From positions 1-43,445 of the forward strand of contig LKUE01000391.1 in NCBI GenBank assembly GCA_001412365.1: a stretch of 43,445 bases of DNA, written 5' to 3'. The notes beneath the pieces were generated by a model. That model saw only the letters and a program-made list of their open reading frames with translations. It made no database searches and was not told where the DNA came from. The translations under genes were made by a program, and so were the position numbers. The stretch is from Desulfuromonas sp. SDB (GTDB lineage Bacteria; SDB-A). Positions 1 to 10,482 of this stretch are shown here, one piece after another; position 1 is the stretch's first letter; every line of letters begins with the position of its first letter.

Positions 1-28
1 ATATGTATAGAAAAAAATTTCATATTTC

Positions 29-57
29 TTGCATCTATGTTATTTTATAAATAAAAT
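29..57 (+). promoter_or_regulatory. Candidate sigma70 promoter for the tldE/tldD operon
   Basis: TTGCAT (29-34), 17-nt spacer, TAAAAT (52-57). The region is very AT-rich, so a chance match is possible. Confidence 0.4.
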
Positions 58-127
58 CAAATAAGTAATTTACATTGTTGTAATAAAGCAGTATAGATAT
101 TTTCATCAATCGGATAATGAGGTTAAG

Positions 128-1456
128 ATGAGTAAGCAAGAACAAACAATAATTGAAGATTTTTTTTCTAAAACTACTCAGTTACCCTGTGAAATTTTTT
201 TAACTTCCAGTAAGGTCGCTTCTACCAGATTTTCCAATAACGCCATCACTCAGAATGTTGAAGAATTTACCCAGGGGCTATCTTTAAGAATTTTAGATGG
301 TGTCAAAACCACCAGGGTTAGTTCCAATCAGTTTTCCCGTGATCAATTAGATGATTTATATTATCGGGCGGTAAAATTAAATGAATTTTCTCATCCTGAT
401 GAGGAATTACTTCCCCTATATGAACATAATCAAAAAAACATAGAAACAAATCACCCTGACTCCGGGGAAAGTTCCCCTGGTCACCGGGCTGAACTGGTCA
501 GTATAGTTGTGGACAAAGCAAAATCTGCCCGGTTAAATGCCGCCGGTATCATCTCCACTACTGAAAGTAAATTAACTATTGCCAATAACCGTGGATTGTT
601 CAAACAATCCCGGGAGAGGCAAAGCAATAGTTCAATTTCCATGATGAGTGATGAAGGATCGGGTTGGTCCGGAATTTGTAAGGTAAACTTAGAGGCAGGG
701 GATATTGAAAAATGTGCAAATAAATCAATTTCCCTGGCTTTAAAAAATACCCGCCAATCCAGTATTGAGCCAGGGGAATACACGGTAATACTGGAACCAG
801 CGGCAGTAGCGGATTTAATAAGATTTTTAAGTTACACTGGATTCAATGGTTTAGCTTTTGTGGAGGACCGCTCTTTTATGAGTGGAAAGCTGGATGAAAA
901 AATAATGGATGAAAAAATAACTATTTTCGATGACATCCACCACCTGTCTTTGCCCCTTAGAACCTTTGATTTCGAGGGAGTTGACACCTCTTCGGTAACT
1001 TTAATAGACCAGGGGATTGCCAAAGCAGTAGTCCACGATAGATCAACTGCATTTAAGACTGGCGGAAAAACCACCGGACATTCCTTGCCCCAGCCCAACA
1101 ATTTCGGTCCCATACCCAGAGCGGTTATAATTAAAGGAGGTTCCGGAGATTTGCAGAGTTTGATTAAAGCAACAGCCAAAGGAATTTTAGTTACCAGATT
1201 TCATTATACCAATTTATTGGATCCATTGAAAGTTACCGCCACCGGGATGACCAGAGATGGTTTGTTTTTAGTGGAACAGGGACAGATTACCACCGCCTTG
1301 AAAAATATGAGATTTACTGAAAGTATCCTAAAAGCTTTTAACCGAATTTCCGCAATTGGAAATGATCATGAACTTTTTTGGGGATTTTCCGGCTATAACT
1401 ATGTTCCTTCCATGAAAATCGCCAATTTTCATTTTTCCAGCCGGACTGAATTTTAA
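128..1456 (+). CDS. TldD/PmbA family protein, TldE/PmbA-like non-catalytic subunit
   Basis: TRFSNNAITQN N-terminus, PGEYTVILEPAAV, FDFEG, TGMTRDG and NMRF motifs; no HExxH; directly upstream of tldD. Confidence 0.9.
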   Translation: MSKQEQTIIEDFFSKTTQLPCEIFLTSSKVASTRFSNNAITQNVEEFTQGLSLRILDGVKTTRVSSNQFSRDQLDDLYYRAVKLNEFSHPDEELLPLYEHNQKNIETNHPDSGESSPGHRAELVSIVVDKAKSARLNAAGIISTTESKLTIANNRGLFKQSRERQSNSSISMMSDEGSGWSGICKVNLEAGDIEKCANKSISLALKNTRQSSIEPGEYTVILEPAAVADLIRFLSYTGFNGLAFVEDRSFMSGKLDEKIMDEKITIFDDIHHLSLPLRTFDFEGVDTSSVTLIDQGIAKAVVHDRSTAFKTGGKTTGHSLPQPNNFGPIPRAVIIKGGSGDLQSLIKATAKGILVTRFHYTNLLDPLKVTATGMTRDGLFLVEQGQITTALKNMRFTESILKAFNRISAIGNDHELFWGFSGYNYVPSMKIANFHFSSRTEF

Positions 1457-1465
1457 GGGGTATAA

Positions 1466-2941
1466 ATGAAAGAATTAACTGACATCGCTTTAAATACTGC
1501 TCAGATGAACGGCGCTCAATATGCAGACATCAGAATAATAATTGACCATCGTGAGAACATTACAGTTAGAAATAACCGCACCGTAGGATTAAATAAAATC
1601 GAAACCAGGGGATTTGGAGTTAGAGTAATCTGTGAGGGGTCTTGGGGATTTGCTTCATCCAGTGTGCTGAATCAGGAAAGCATAGTAGAAGTCACTAAAA
1701 GAGCGGTGGAAATTGCTAAAGCTTCTGCCTCGGTTAAACTTCAGGATGTAGAATTAGCCCCTCAGACGTCCCAGGTAGATTTTTGGCAGACTCCGGTTAT
1801 TATTGATCCTTTTCAAGTAGCCCTATCTGAGAAATTAGATCATTGTTATGAGGTCAACGGCATTCTATCCGCCCATCCCCAGATAAAGGTAGCCACCAGC
1901 AGCATGGATTTTTGGATGGAACATCAATGGTTTGCCTCTACAGAGGGGAGCTTCATTGAACAAAGACTTATTAAATCAGGAGGAGGCTGCTCAGCAAGAG
2001 CAGTTGGCAATCATGATGTTCAAATACGTTCTTACCCTTTAAATTTCCGGGGGCAGTTTTTATCTGCCGGCTACGAGATGATTCCTGCTTTAAAATTTGT
2101 GGAAAATGCAGAAAGAGTTAGGGATGAGGCGGTAGCTTTGCTTTCTGCGGATGAATGTCCATCCGGGAAAAAAGATTTAATTTTATCCGGATCCCAGTTA
2201 TACCTGCAAATACATGAATCAGTGGGGCATCCCAGTGAATTGGACAGAGTGCTGGGGTTTGAAGCAAACTATGCAGGAAGGTCATTTGCCACTGTGGATA
2301 AGCTTGATAATTTCAAATATGGCTCTGAACTGGTTAATTTAGTTGCAGACAACACCCTCCCCCAGGGACTTTCCACTGCCGGTTACGATGATGATGGAGT
2401 ACCCGCTCAAAGATGGTATATTGTTAAACAGGGAATATTATCCGGATATATGACCAATAGGGAAGTAGCTCCTTTGATCGGTCAAACCAGCAGCAGAGGA
2501 AGCAACCGGGCGGATGGATTTAATAATATTCCCATCGTCCGGATATCCAATCTAAGCTTATTACCGGGCAAAGGTAGTTTAAAGGACATTATTGCCGATA
2601 CCGAAGATGGCATATTGATGGATATGAATAAAAGCTGGTCTATTGACCAGATGAGACTAAATTTTCAGTTTGGAGTTGAATTAGCCTGGGAGATAAAAAA
2701 AGGGAAGAAAACCAGATTGTTGAAAAATGCCAATTACCAGGGAACTACCCCGGAATTCTGGGGTAATTGCGACTGGATTGCCGGACCGGAAGAATGGGTG
2801 CTGTGGGGAGTTAACAACTGCGGCAAAGGACAGCCCGGGCAGAGGGCGGAAATGTCCCATGGCTGTTCACCCGCCAGGTTTAAAAAGGTGACGGTGGGAG
2901 TGGGGAATGATTTTCTTATGTCTTCAACCGGAGTAGTATAG
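1466..2941 (+). CDS. tldD: TldD metalloprotease, catalytic subunit
   Basis: GFGVRV..G.WGFASS, catalytic HESVGH, YDDDG, NFQFG and the C-terminal metal-ligand CGKGQ motif. Confidence 0.92.
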   Translation: MKELTDIALNTAQMNGAQYADIRIIIDHRENITVRNNRTVGLNKIETRGFGVRVICEGSWGFASSSVLNQESIVEVTKRAVEIAKASASVKLQDVELAPQTSQVDFWQTPVIIDPFQVALSEKLDHCYEVNGILSAHPQIKVATSSMDFWMEHQWFASTEGSFIEQRLIKSGGGCSARAVGNHDVQIRSYPLNFRGQFLSAGYEMIPALKFVENAERVRDEAVALLSADECPSGKKDLILSGSQLYLQIHESVGHPSELDRVLGFEANYAGRSFATVDKLDNFKYGSELVNLVADNTLPQGLSTAGYDDDGVPAQRWYIVKQGILSGYMTNREVAPLIGQTSSRGSNRADGFNNIPIVRISNLSLLPGKGSLKDIIADTEDGILMDMNKSWSIDQMRLNFQFGVELAWEIKKGKKTRLLKNANYQGTTPEFWGNCDWIAGPEEWVLWGVNNCGKGQPGQRAEMSHGCSPARFKKVTVGVGNDFLMSSTGVV

Positions 2942-2983
2942 GTTTATAAATAAATGAAAATATTAAAGTTAAAGGAGGGATAG

Positions 2984-4180
2984 ATGATCCAAATGCACTT
3001 TAATTTCAAGGACATATTTAGAGCAGGAAGATTAGGATTCAGTTTTAAGAAAATTTCTGCATCTCTGATCGGGTTGGTGATAATTACCTTGATCTACAAT
3101 ATATTTACCTACCTGGCATTGATAGTATCGGGAATTTCCTTCACTGAAATATGGCAGTTCATGAGGTTATTGCCAATTCCCCTGGGGATATCTCTGCCCT
3201 GGTATTCATGGCTTATCTGGGCAGGAGGAGTGGTTCTGTCCCTGTTAACTTTAGCGGTTACAGTAGGGGCAATTAGTAAAATTACTTTTGAACAGCTCCG
3301 GGGGGATGAGTTTTATGAAGTGAGCAAAGCGTACAAAGATGCTTTGAAATTATGGAAAAGTGCCTTCCTGTCCCCGGTATTTTTAGCTATTTTTATAATT
3401 TTTCTTTTATTGGTGGGAGTGGTATTCGGACAGATAGGCAAGATTCCGGTGGCGGGTCCCTGGATTGTGGGACTATTCTCCATTTTCCTTATCTTAGGCG
3501 CGTTCTTTATTGTATATCTCTGCTTGATTTTTGTTGTTTCTGTATTTATGTCTCCTACCATTGCCTTAACTACCAAAGGGGACAGTTTCGACACCTTGTT
3601 TGAAGTGTTCAGTGTAGCCAATGATCAGCCCTGGCGCTGGGTAATTTGGCAGATTTTAGTGGGTATTATTGCCCTGGTGGGAACCGCATTGTACAGCTTT
3701 GCTTTGAAATATACTTTCATGCTGATTAAATGGGCAATGCAAATACCCCAAGGGCAGGAATGGTGGAGTAAAATGTGGATGCTAGCCAGAGGAACTTTGC
3801 CTGCAGTTCCTCCCCAGCTTGATCCCTGGGTGAGTAGAATTTTCCCCGGAGCAGGATGGATACAGCCGATGGGAGGAGAAATAAGTCTAGGTCCCTTGGT
3901 CGGTGGCATATTATTAGCCATTGCCTTATATCTAGTGGTTTTGTCAATATTGGCACTGAAATTATCCATCTTCTCCGCCGGTCAAACTTTGATTTATGTG
4001 GTGTTGGTTAAAATTAAAGATGACCGCAATCTTCTGGAAACCAAGAAAAAGTGGTCTCTTGATGATGAAGACCTGGAAGATGAGGAATTTGAGGAAGAAA
4101 CCGAAGATGAACAGACTGAAGACGATGAAGACTCTTCCGGTGAACAAGACACTGAGGAAAAACCGGAGACAGAAGAATAA
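2984..4180 (+). CDS. Multi-pass membrane protein of unknown function with an acidic C-terminal tail
   Basis: Strong RBS (AAAGGAGG), about 6 hydrophobic segments, and a terminal run of D/E residues. Confidence 0.8.
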   Translation: MIQMHFNFKDIFRAGRLGFSFKKISASLIGLVIITLIYNIFTYLALIVSGISFTEIWQFMRLLPIPLGISLPWYSWLIWAGGVVLSLLTLAVTVGAISKITFEQLRGDEFYEVSKAYKDALKLWKSAFLSPVFLAIFIIFLLLVGVVFGQIGKIPVAGPWIVGLFSIFLILGAFFIVYLCLIFVVSVFMSPTIALTTKGDSFDTLFEVFSVANDQPWRWVIWQILVGIIALVGTALYSFALKYTFMLIKWAMQIPQGQEWWSKMWMLARGTLPAVPPQLDPWVSRIFPGAGWIQPMGGEISLGPLVGGILLAIALYLVVLSILALKLSIFSAGQTLIYVVLVKIKDDRNLLETKKKWSLDDEDLEDEEFEEETEDEQTEDDEDSSGEQDTEEKPETEE

Positions 4181-4198
4181 CTTTAATTCATATTTTAT

Positions 4199-5293
4199 AT
4201 GTCCTTTCTAAAACTAACCGAAGTTAGTAAAACCTTCGGCAGCACCAGAGCTTTGGAGCCACTGAGCCTGGAGGTTGCCGAAGGTGAATTTGTAGTGCTG
4301 GTTGGACCCTCCGGATGTGGAAAATCAACCCTGCTCAGGATAATTGCAGGATTGGAAAAAGCTACTACCGGAAAAATTTTTTTAGATCAGCGGTGTATAA
4401 ATGAATTGGAGCCAGGGCAAAGAGATATTGCCATGGTTTTTCAAAATTATGCCCTATACCCCCACATGAAGGTTAAGGATAATTTATCTTTTGCTTTAAA
4501 ACTAAGGCATTATTCCAGGCAGGAGATTAGCCATCGAACTCAAGAAGCTTCTGAATTGCTGGGAATTGCTGAAATGATGAACAGGTATCCTCGGGAACTG
4601 TCCGGAGGGGAACGTCAAAGAGTGGCAGTGGGGAGAGCTATTGTCAGACATCCAAAAATATTTTTGTTCGATGAACCTCTATCCAATTTAGACGCCAAAT
4701 TAAGAGTTCAGATGAGATCGGAAATATCCAGGCTGCATAAGAAACTTGAAGTTACCATGATATATGTTACCCATGATCAAACCGAAGCGATGACCATGGG
4801 AGACCGGATTGTAGTTTTAAAAGCGGATAAACAAAAACAGCAGGGGGGAACCATACAGCAGATAGGCACTCCTATGGAATTATATCATACCCCTGAAAAT
4901 AAATTTGTAGCTGAATTTATCGGGTCACCCGCTATGAATATTATCGACAAGGTAAAATTAAATGACCAGGGAAAAGTGGAGACTGATGCAATCCCCAATT
5001 TAATTTATAATACAGTAAATTCAAAAGGGACCTCCACGGTGGATATTGGATTTCGTCCGGAGAAGGTTGATTTGATTAGATCAGCAGGATCATCAAAAGG
5101 GGTGGAAATGGATATTGAATTGGTGGAGAGAATGGGTTCGGAAACTATTCTCCACCTGTCCACAGGTCCAGTAAATATAACTGCAGTAGTATATGAGACT
5201 TTGGATTTCAAGGTAGGTGAGAAAATTCGGATTGGGGTTGATGCAAAAAATCTGTTTTTATTCGATCCAGCCAGCGGAAAGGTCTTGTATTGA
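4199..5293 (+). CDS. Carbohydrate ABC transporter ATP-binding subunit (MalK/MsmX/UgpC family)
   Basis: GPSGCGKS Walker A, MVFQNYALYPHM, LSGGERQR, FLFDEPLSNLDA, YVTHDQ and a C-terminal TOBE/OB domain. Confidence 0.95.
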   Translation: MSFLKLTEVSKTFGSTRALEPLSLEVAEGEFVVLVGPSGCGKSTLLRIIAGLEKATTGKIFLDQRCINELEPGQRDIAMVFQNYALYPHMKVKDNLSFALKLRHYSRQEISHRTQEASELLGIAEMMNRYPRELSGGERQRVAVGRAIVRHPKIFLFDEPLSNLDAKLRVQMRSEISRLHKKLEVTMIYVTHDQTEAMTMGDRIVVLKADKQKQQGGTIQQIGTPMELYHTPENKFVAEFIGSPAMNIIDKVKLNDQGKVETDAIPNLIYNTVNSKGTSTVDIGFRPEKVDLIRSAGSSKGVEMDIELVERMGSETILHLSTGPVNITAVVYETLDFKVGEKIRIGVDAKNLFLFDPASGKVLY

Positions 5294-5556
5294 TAAAGCA
5301 AAATTTGGAAGTGGTTAATACTTTAGGTATACACGCCAGACCAGCTGCTTTAATCGTAAAAACTGCAAACAACTACAATTGTTCAGTGTTTCTGGAAAAA
5401 GATGGAATTAAAGTGGATGCTAAAAGTGTTTTAGGAGTTATGATGCTTGCCGCTCCTAAAGGATCCTCAATTACTGCAGAAATAAGTGGTGATGATGAGC
5501 AGCAGTGTTTAGAAGCGCTGGAGGAGATTTTTGCCCAGGGCTTTAATGAAGACTGA
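5290..5556 (+). CDS. ptsH: Phosphocarrier protein HPr
   Basis: GIHARPAA (His15) and DAKSVLGVMML (Ser46); TTG start overlaps the upstream stop codon. Confidence 0.95.
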   Translation: MIKQNLEVVNTLGIHARPAALIVKTANNYNCSVFLEKDGIKVDAKSVLGVMMLAAPKGSSITAEISGDDEQQCLEALEEIFAQGFNED

Positions 5557-5570
5557 AGGTTAAAAAAAAG

Positions 5571-7322
5571 ATGAGTACTGAACAAAAAAGCGAAATAGTT
5601 AAAATAGGTATTTCCATAAGTCCGGGAGTGGCAATCTGTCCTGCTTTTGTGTACCGGGTGCTGAAATATCAGGATAAAAGACAGGATACCCAGATTTCCG
5701 ATCAGGAAGTGACCAAACAGATCAAGAAATTGTCTTTTGCTATAAGTCACGCCAAAGCTACTATAAATATGCAGAGAAACCGGATGATTGGGAAGACCAA
5801 GAAATATCATCTGGGTATATTTGAATTTCAAACCTATCTGTTAGAGGATAGTTCTTTTATTGAAAAAATTAAAACTGCCATCAGTGAACAGAAAATTACT
5901 GCATATCAGGCAGTGATTGAAGTTACCAATGACTTAGCTCAAAAAATGAAACAAACTTTTGAAGATATAAAGGATGTGGGGAATTTAATATGTTCATTTC
6001 TCAGCGATGAGGAAACTTATCTGACTTCCATTCCTGAGAACAAACCGTTTATCTTTGTTTCCGATATCTTAACTCCATCCATAGTATCATTTTTAATAAA
6101 CAGCGAGGTGCAGGGGGTAATTACGGAGTTAGGGGGAAAAACATCCCATGCGGTAATATTATCTGAAAGTCTGAGGGTGCCGGTTGTTGTCAATACTCCC
6201 GGTATTACCGTAGAGGTTCAAAATGAGGATATTATCGGCATGGATGGTGACTGCGGTAAAATTGTGGTTAATCCTACTCCCCGCAGACTTAAAGCATTTG
6301 AACGGCTTCAGAAATGGCATAATCGCTACACCCGGAGGATTCAACGAGATGCCCATAAACAAGCACGTACTGATGATAAATACAAGATAAAAATTTGGGC
6401 TAATATTGAGTTGGTTTCTGAACTCGATTATGTCATTGACTCCGGGGCAGAAGGTATAGGTTTGTACCGCACCGAGTTTTTATTTTTGGAAAATCCCCAT
6501 AAAAGTCCGGATATCAACGAACAGTATGAAATTTACCGGGAGGTGGTCACCAAGATGGATGGGCGACCGGTTACTTTTAGAATATTAGATATTGGGGCGG
6601 ATAAAATTCCTTATTTTATAAATGGAAAAAAAGTTGATTGGGCAGAAGAGCCTAATCCTGCTTTAGGTTACCGGGGAGTTAGATTACTGAGGGGACACCG
6701 GGATGAAATCATTCTCCCTCAACTAAAGGCAATATTAAAAGCTTCAGCTTATGGCCCGGTAAAAATTATGCTGCCCATGGTTTCTCTGGTGGAAGAAGCA
6801 ATGGATTTTAAATTACTGGTGGAAGAGGCAGTTAAAAGTCTGGGTAAAGAAGCTCCCCGCCGAAAGCCGCCCTTGGGAATTATGCTGGAAACTCCTTCCT
6901 CGGTGTTATTAATTGATAAATTTGCCAAATATATGGATTTCTTCTCCATTGGCACTAATGATTTAACCCAATATGTACTGGCAGTTGATCGTAATAATGC
7001 TCAAGTTGCCTATATGTGGGATCATTATCATCCTGCAGTATTGAAGCTGGTGTCTGATTCCATTGTCTATGCCCGGGAAAACAAAAAATTAATCAGCATC
7101 TGTGGAGAAGCAGCCGGCGATCCTTATCTGGCTGCCCTGTTCATTGGACTGGGAGCTAATATCCTGAGTATATCACCGGCTAAAGTAGCAGAATTAAAAC
7201 ACTACATCCGGCAATGGAATCAACAGCAGTTAAAAGAAATTGCTGCTGAAGTTATCAATTACCAGTCAGCTCAGGAGGTTAGGACATTCTTAAAAAGGAA
7301 GGTAAAAGTTGGGATATTGTAA
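5571..7322 (+). CDS. ptsI: PEP-protein phosphotransferase, PTS enzyme I
   Basis: GGKTSHAVI phospho-His, GIGLYRTEFLF, EPNPALGYRG, FFSIGTNDLTQY, ICGE. Confidence 0.95.
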   Translation: MSTEQKSEIVKIGISISPGVAICPAFVYRVLKYQDKRQDTQISDQEVTKQIKKLSFAISHAKATINMQRNRMIGKTKKYHLGIFEFQTYLLEDSSFIEKIKTAISEQKITAYQAVIEVTNDLAQKMKQTFEDIKDVGNLICSFLSDEETYLTSIPENKPFIFVSDILTPSIVSFLINSEVQGVITELGGKTSHAVILSESLRVPVVVNTPGITVEVQNEDIIGMDGDCGKIVVNPTPRRLKAFERLQKWHNRYTRRIQRDAHKQARTDDKYKIKIWANIELVSELDYVIDSGAEGIGLYRTEFLFLENPHKSPDINEQYEIYREVVTKMDGRPVTFRILDIGADKIPYFINGKKVDWAEEPNPALGYRGVRLLRGHRDEIILPQLKAILKASAYGPVKIMLPMVSLVEEAMDFKLLVEEAVKSLGKEAPRRKPPLGIMLETPSSVLLIDKFAKYMDFFSIGTNDLTQYVLAVDRNNAQVAYMWDHYHPAVLKLVSDSIVYARENKKLISICGEAAGDPYLAALFIGLGANILSISPAKVAELKHYIRQWNQQQLKEIAAEVINYQSAQEVRTFLKRKVKVGIL

Positions 7323-8307
7323 ACCTAATCAAATGGAGAAATGGATTGATCAATGGGGAAATGATTTAATTGGAGGATATCGAAAGTCAACTGAACTGAA
7401 TATTGCTCCCTGCAATCTAATGTTGTGCTGGGGTATGGGGGGCAGCGGAATAGGAGGCAGGATAATTGCGGACATAACCAACCATCAAGGAAAGAAGCCG
7501 GTAATTGCCTCCGGTGGATACAGATTGCCTTGCTGGGTAAACCGGAATGTATTGTTTGTATCAGTAAGTTATTCGGGGAACACTGAAGAAACTATTAATG
7601 CTTTTGAACAGGCTATTAAAACAGGAGCTAAGGTAGTGGTTTTAACTTCAGGAGGACAGTTAAAAAAATTTGCAGATCAGTATCAGCTGGAACAACTTCA
7701 GCTTCAGGGGGGGAGAGCTCCCCGGGCTAATATTGGTGAAATATTAGGTGCTCTGATGGGAATTGCGGAAAAAGCGCATATCATTGATATTGATTATACC
7801 TATATCCAGAAATTAACTGAGGAAATTAACACCTCTCTTGATCAGCAGTTCAAGTCCCTGGATCAAATTACTCCTTTAACTGAACATAAAAATATATATA
7901 TAGTAGTTCCGGAAAAATTCAGCGGGGTGGGTTTGAGATGGGTAACTCAACTAAATGAAAACGCTAAAATTCCCGCCCAAACTTTAATTCTTCCTGAAAT
8001 GAATCATAATTTCATTGTGGGGAGGATTACTCAGCCCAGTTTGTTTATCCTGGTCAGCGCGGAGCAATTTGAAACCAGAAGAGAGCTTAAACGGAAGTCA
8101 GTTACCCGCAAAGTATTGCTGCAGGAAAGCAAAAATATCCAGGTGGAGGAGTTAAAGATAAGCGGTTCTGATTTTATATCCACCTATATCCATATGCTGG
8201 TGTGGGGTGATATTTTTAGCATAAAAATGGCTGAAAAATTAGATGAAGACCCCCTGCCTATAGAGATGATTGATAAACTGAAGATGATGATGAAAGGTGA
8301 AGGATAA
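7309..8307 (+). CDS. Bifunctional phosphoglucose/phosphomannose isomerase (SIS family); the start may be ATG 7333
   Basis: GMGGSGIGG, SYSGNTEET, QLNENAK and LPEMNHN motifs. Confidence 0.88.
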   Translation: MGYCKPNQMEKWIDQWGNDLIGGYRKSTELNIAPCNLMLCWGMGGSGIGGRIIADITNHQGKKPVIASGGYRLPCWVNRNVLFVSVSYSGNTEETINAFEQAIKTGAKVVVLTSGGQLKKFADQYQLEQLQLQGGRAPRANIGEILGALMGIAEKAHIIDIDYTYIQKLTEEINTSLDQQFKSLDQITPLTEHKNIYIVVPEKFSGVGLRWVTQLNENAKIPAQTLILPEMNHNFIVGRITQPSLFILVSAEQFETRRELKRKSVTRKVLLQESKNIQVEELKISGSDFISTYIHMLVWGDIFSIKMAEKLDEDPLPIEMIDKLKMMMKGEG

Positions 8308-8367
8308 ACTATGTTTAGCTTTCCCCGGTTAAATTAACTATAATTTATAAATTTAAGAGGAGTATTT

Positions 8368-9342
8368 TTGAGAGTAGTAATACCTGCTGCAGGAATAGGA
8401 AAAAGACTTAGACCCCATACCCATACCGTCCCCAAAGTATTGCTGCGATTGGCGGGAAAACCAATGCTGGGTCATATTATGGATTTATTAGATGGTTTTG
8501 ATATATCTGAAATAGTTTTTGTCATCGGCTATAAAAGCGAATTGGTAAAACAGTATTTACAGCAAAATTATTCTCAGTATAATCTGAAGTTCATCTATCA
8601 GCAGAAGAGATTAGGTTTAGGTCATGCTATTTACTCTACGGGGGTATCCGATGAGGATACCCTTATAATTCTGGGAGATACAATATTTAGAGCTGATTTA
8701 AGCAGGGTAATCGAGTCAGGAAAAAACTCTATAGGTGTAGCGGAAGTGGAAGATCCCCGCAGATTTGGAGTAGTGCAGCTGGATAAGGACGGCAAAGTAT
8801 CCAGGTTAGTTGAAAAACCAGCCCATCCTCCTACTAATTTGGCAGTGGTGGGAGTCTATTACCTAAAGGACTATGACCTGCTGGGCAGGGCTTTAAATCA
8901 AATAATATCTGAAAATATCAAGAGTTCCGGGGAATATCAATTAACTGATGCTCTGCAATTAATGGTAGATGAAGGAATTGAATTTTCAACATTTCCCATC
9001 GTCAAGTGGCTGGATTGCGGAAAACCGGAAACTATGTTGGAAACTCAGAAGGTGTTATTAAACGAAAATTCCCAGGAAGTTAACATCCCCGGTTCCATAA
9101 TCATTCCCCCAGTGTATGTCTCACCCAATACCCAGGTGGAAAATTCAGTGCTGGGTCCCTACGTGGATATTGCCTCGGGATGCCGGATAAAAAATTGTGT
9201 TTTATCCAATGCTATAATTGGTGAGGATGCGGTGGTGGAAAATGCAGTGTTACAAAAATCTATTGTGGGCAATGAAGTAGTTTACTGTTTACGCCCGGTT
9301 GAAATCAACTTGGGCGACGGATCTCAGATTATCAGCAGTTAG
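8368..9342 (+). CDS. Sugar-phosphate nucleotidyltransferase (RmlA/GCD1-like) with C-terminal left-handed beta-helix
   Basis: IPAAGIGKRLRPHT..PK, LGLGHAI, EKP, GEYQLTDAL, WLDCG and hexapeptide repeats. Confidence 0.9.
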   Translation: MRVVIPAAGIGKRLRPHTHTVPKVLLRLAGKPMLGHIMDLLDGFDISEIVFVIGYKSELVKQYLQQNYSQYNLKFIYQQKRLGLGHAIYSTGVSDEDTLIILGDTIFRADLSRVIESGKNSIGVAEVEDPRRFGVVQLDKDGKVSRLVEKPAHPPTNLAVVGVYYLKDYDLLGRALNQIISENIKSSGEYQLTDALQLMVDEGIEFSTFPIVKWLDCGKPETMLETQKVLLNENSQEVNIPGSIIIPPVYVSPNTQVENSVLGPYVDIASGCRIKNCVLSNAIIGEDAVVENAVLQKSIVGNEVVYCLRPVEINLGDGSQIISS

Positions 9343-9351
9343 GGAGGAAAA

Positions 9352-10482
9352 GTGAAGAAAATTTTATTTACCTCTGAATCTGTCTCCGAAGGACATCCCG
9401 ATAAAATTTGTGATCAAATTTCAGACGGGATTTTAGATTCAGCTTTAGATCAAGACAAGGAAAGCAGAGTAGCCTGTGAAGTATTTACCACTAATGGCTT
9501 GGTTCTGGTGGGAGGTGAAATAACCACCAATGGATTTATTGATATTCAGAATATTTCCCGGGAAATCATCAAAGATATCGGTTACACCAATCCCCAATAC
9601 GGTTTTGACTATGAATCCTGTGCGGTTTTAGTTTCTATTCACTCCCAGTGTCCTGATATTGCCATGGGAGTAGATACAGGAGGAGCGGGGGACCAGGGTA
9701 TGATGTTTGGCTTTGCCTGCAGGGAAACTCCTCAGTTAATGCCCCTGCCCATAATGTTAGCCCACCGAATTGTCAAAACTCTGGCTCAGTATAGAAAATC
9801 CAGGGAAATCTGTTCGTTGAGACCGGATAGCAAATCCCAAGTCACCGTTGAATACCAGCAGGGTAAACCGGTTCGAATTGATGCAGTGGTAGTTAGCACT
9901 CAGCATGACCCGGATATGAGTGAAGATAGAGTAAAAGAAATTATTATAGATGCGGTTATCCCAAAATGCATTGATGATGAGATGGTTGATGATAACACCA
10001 AGTATTATATAAATCCAACCGGGAGATTTGTAATGGGAGGACCAGCTGCGGATACCGGATTAACCGGAAGGAAAATCATGGTGGATACCTACGGTGGTTA
10101 TTCCAGGCATGGGGGAGGAGCATTTTCAGGCAAGGATCCTTCCAAGGTGGACCGCAGCGCAGCCTACATGGCTCGTTATTTGGCAAAAAACATTGTGGCT
10201 GCGGAGTTGGCGGAGAAATGTGAAATTCAACTGGCTTATGCCATAGGAGTAAAAGAACCGGTTTCGGTCATGGTGGATACTTTTAATACCGGAAGTATTG
10301 CTGATGTGGAGATTTCCAAATTAATCAGAGAAAAAGTGGACTTGACCCCGGGAGGCATTATCCAGCGGTTCCAGTTGAAAAGACCGATCTACAAAGCTAC
10401 CTCGGTATACGGGCATTTCGGCAGAGAAGAACCTAATTTTCCCTGGGAATTAACTGATCTGGTTAATGAATTTCAGGCTTAA
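9352..10482 (+). CDS. metK: S-adenosylmethionine synthetase
   Basis: [28 protein letters not shown] and YGHFGR; GTG start after GGGAGG. Confidence 0.98.
   Translation: MKKILFTSESVSEGHPDKICDQISDGILDSALDQDKESRVACEVFTTNGLVLVGGEITTNGFIDIQNISREIIKDIGYTNPQYGFDYESCAVLVSIHSQCPDIAMGVDTGGAGDQGMMFGFACRETPQLMPLPIMLAHRIVKTLAQYRKSREICSLRPDSKSQVTVEYQQGKPVRIDAVVVSTQHDPDMSEDRVKEIIIDAVIPKCIDDEMVDDNTKYYINPTGRFVMGGPAADTGLTGRKIMVDTYGGYSRHGGGAFSGKDPSKVDRSAAYMARYLAKNIVAAELAEKCEIQLAYAIGVKEPVSVMVDTFNTGSIADVEISKLIREKVDLTPGGIIQRFQLKRPIYKATSVYGHFGREEPNFPWELTDLVNEFQA

Noticed and set aside
9300-9352. SAM riboswitch upstream of metK
   Set aside because: Only 9 nt separate metK from the upstream gene.
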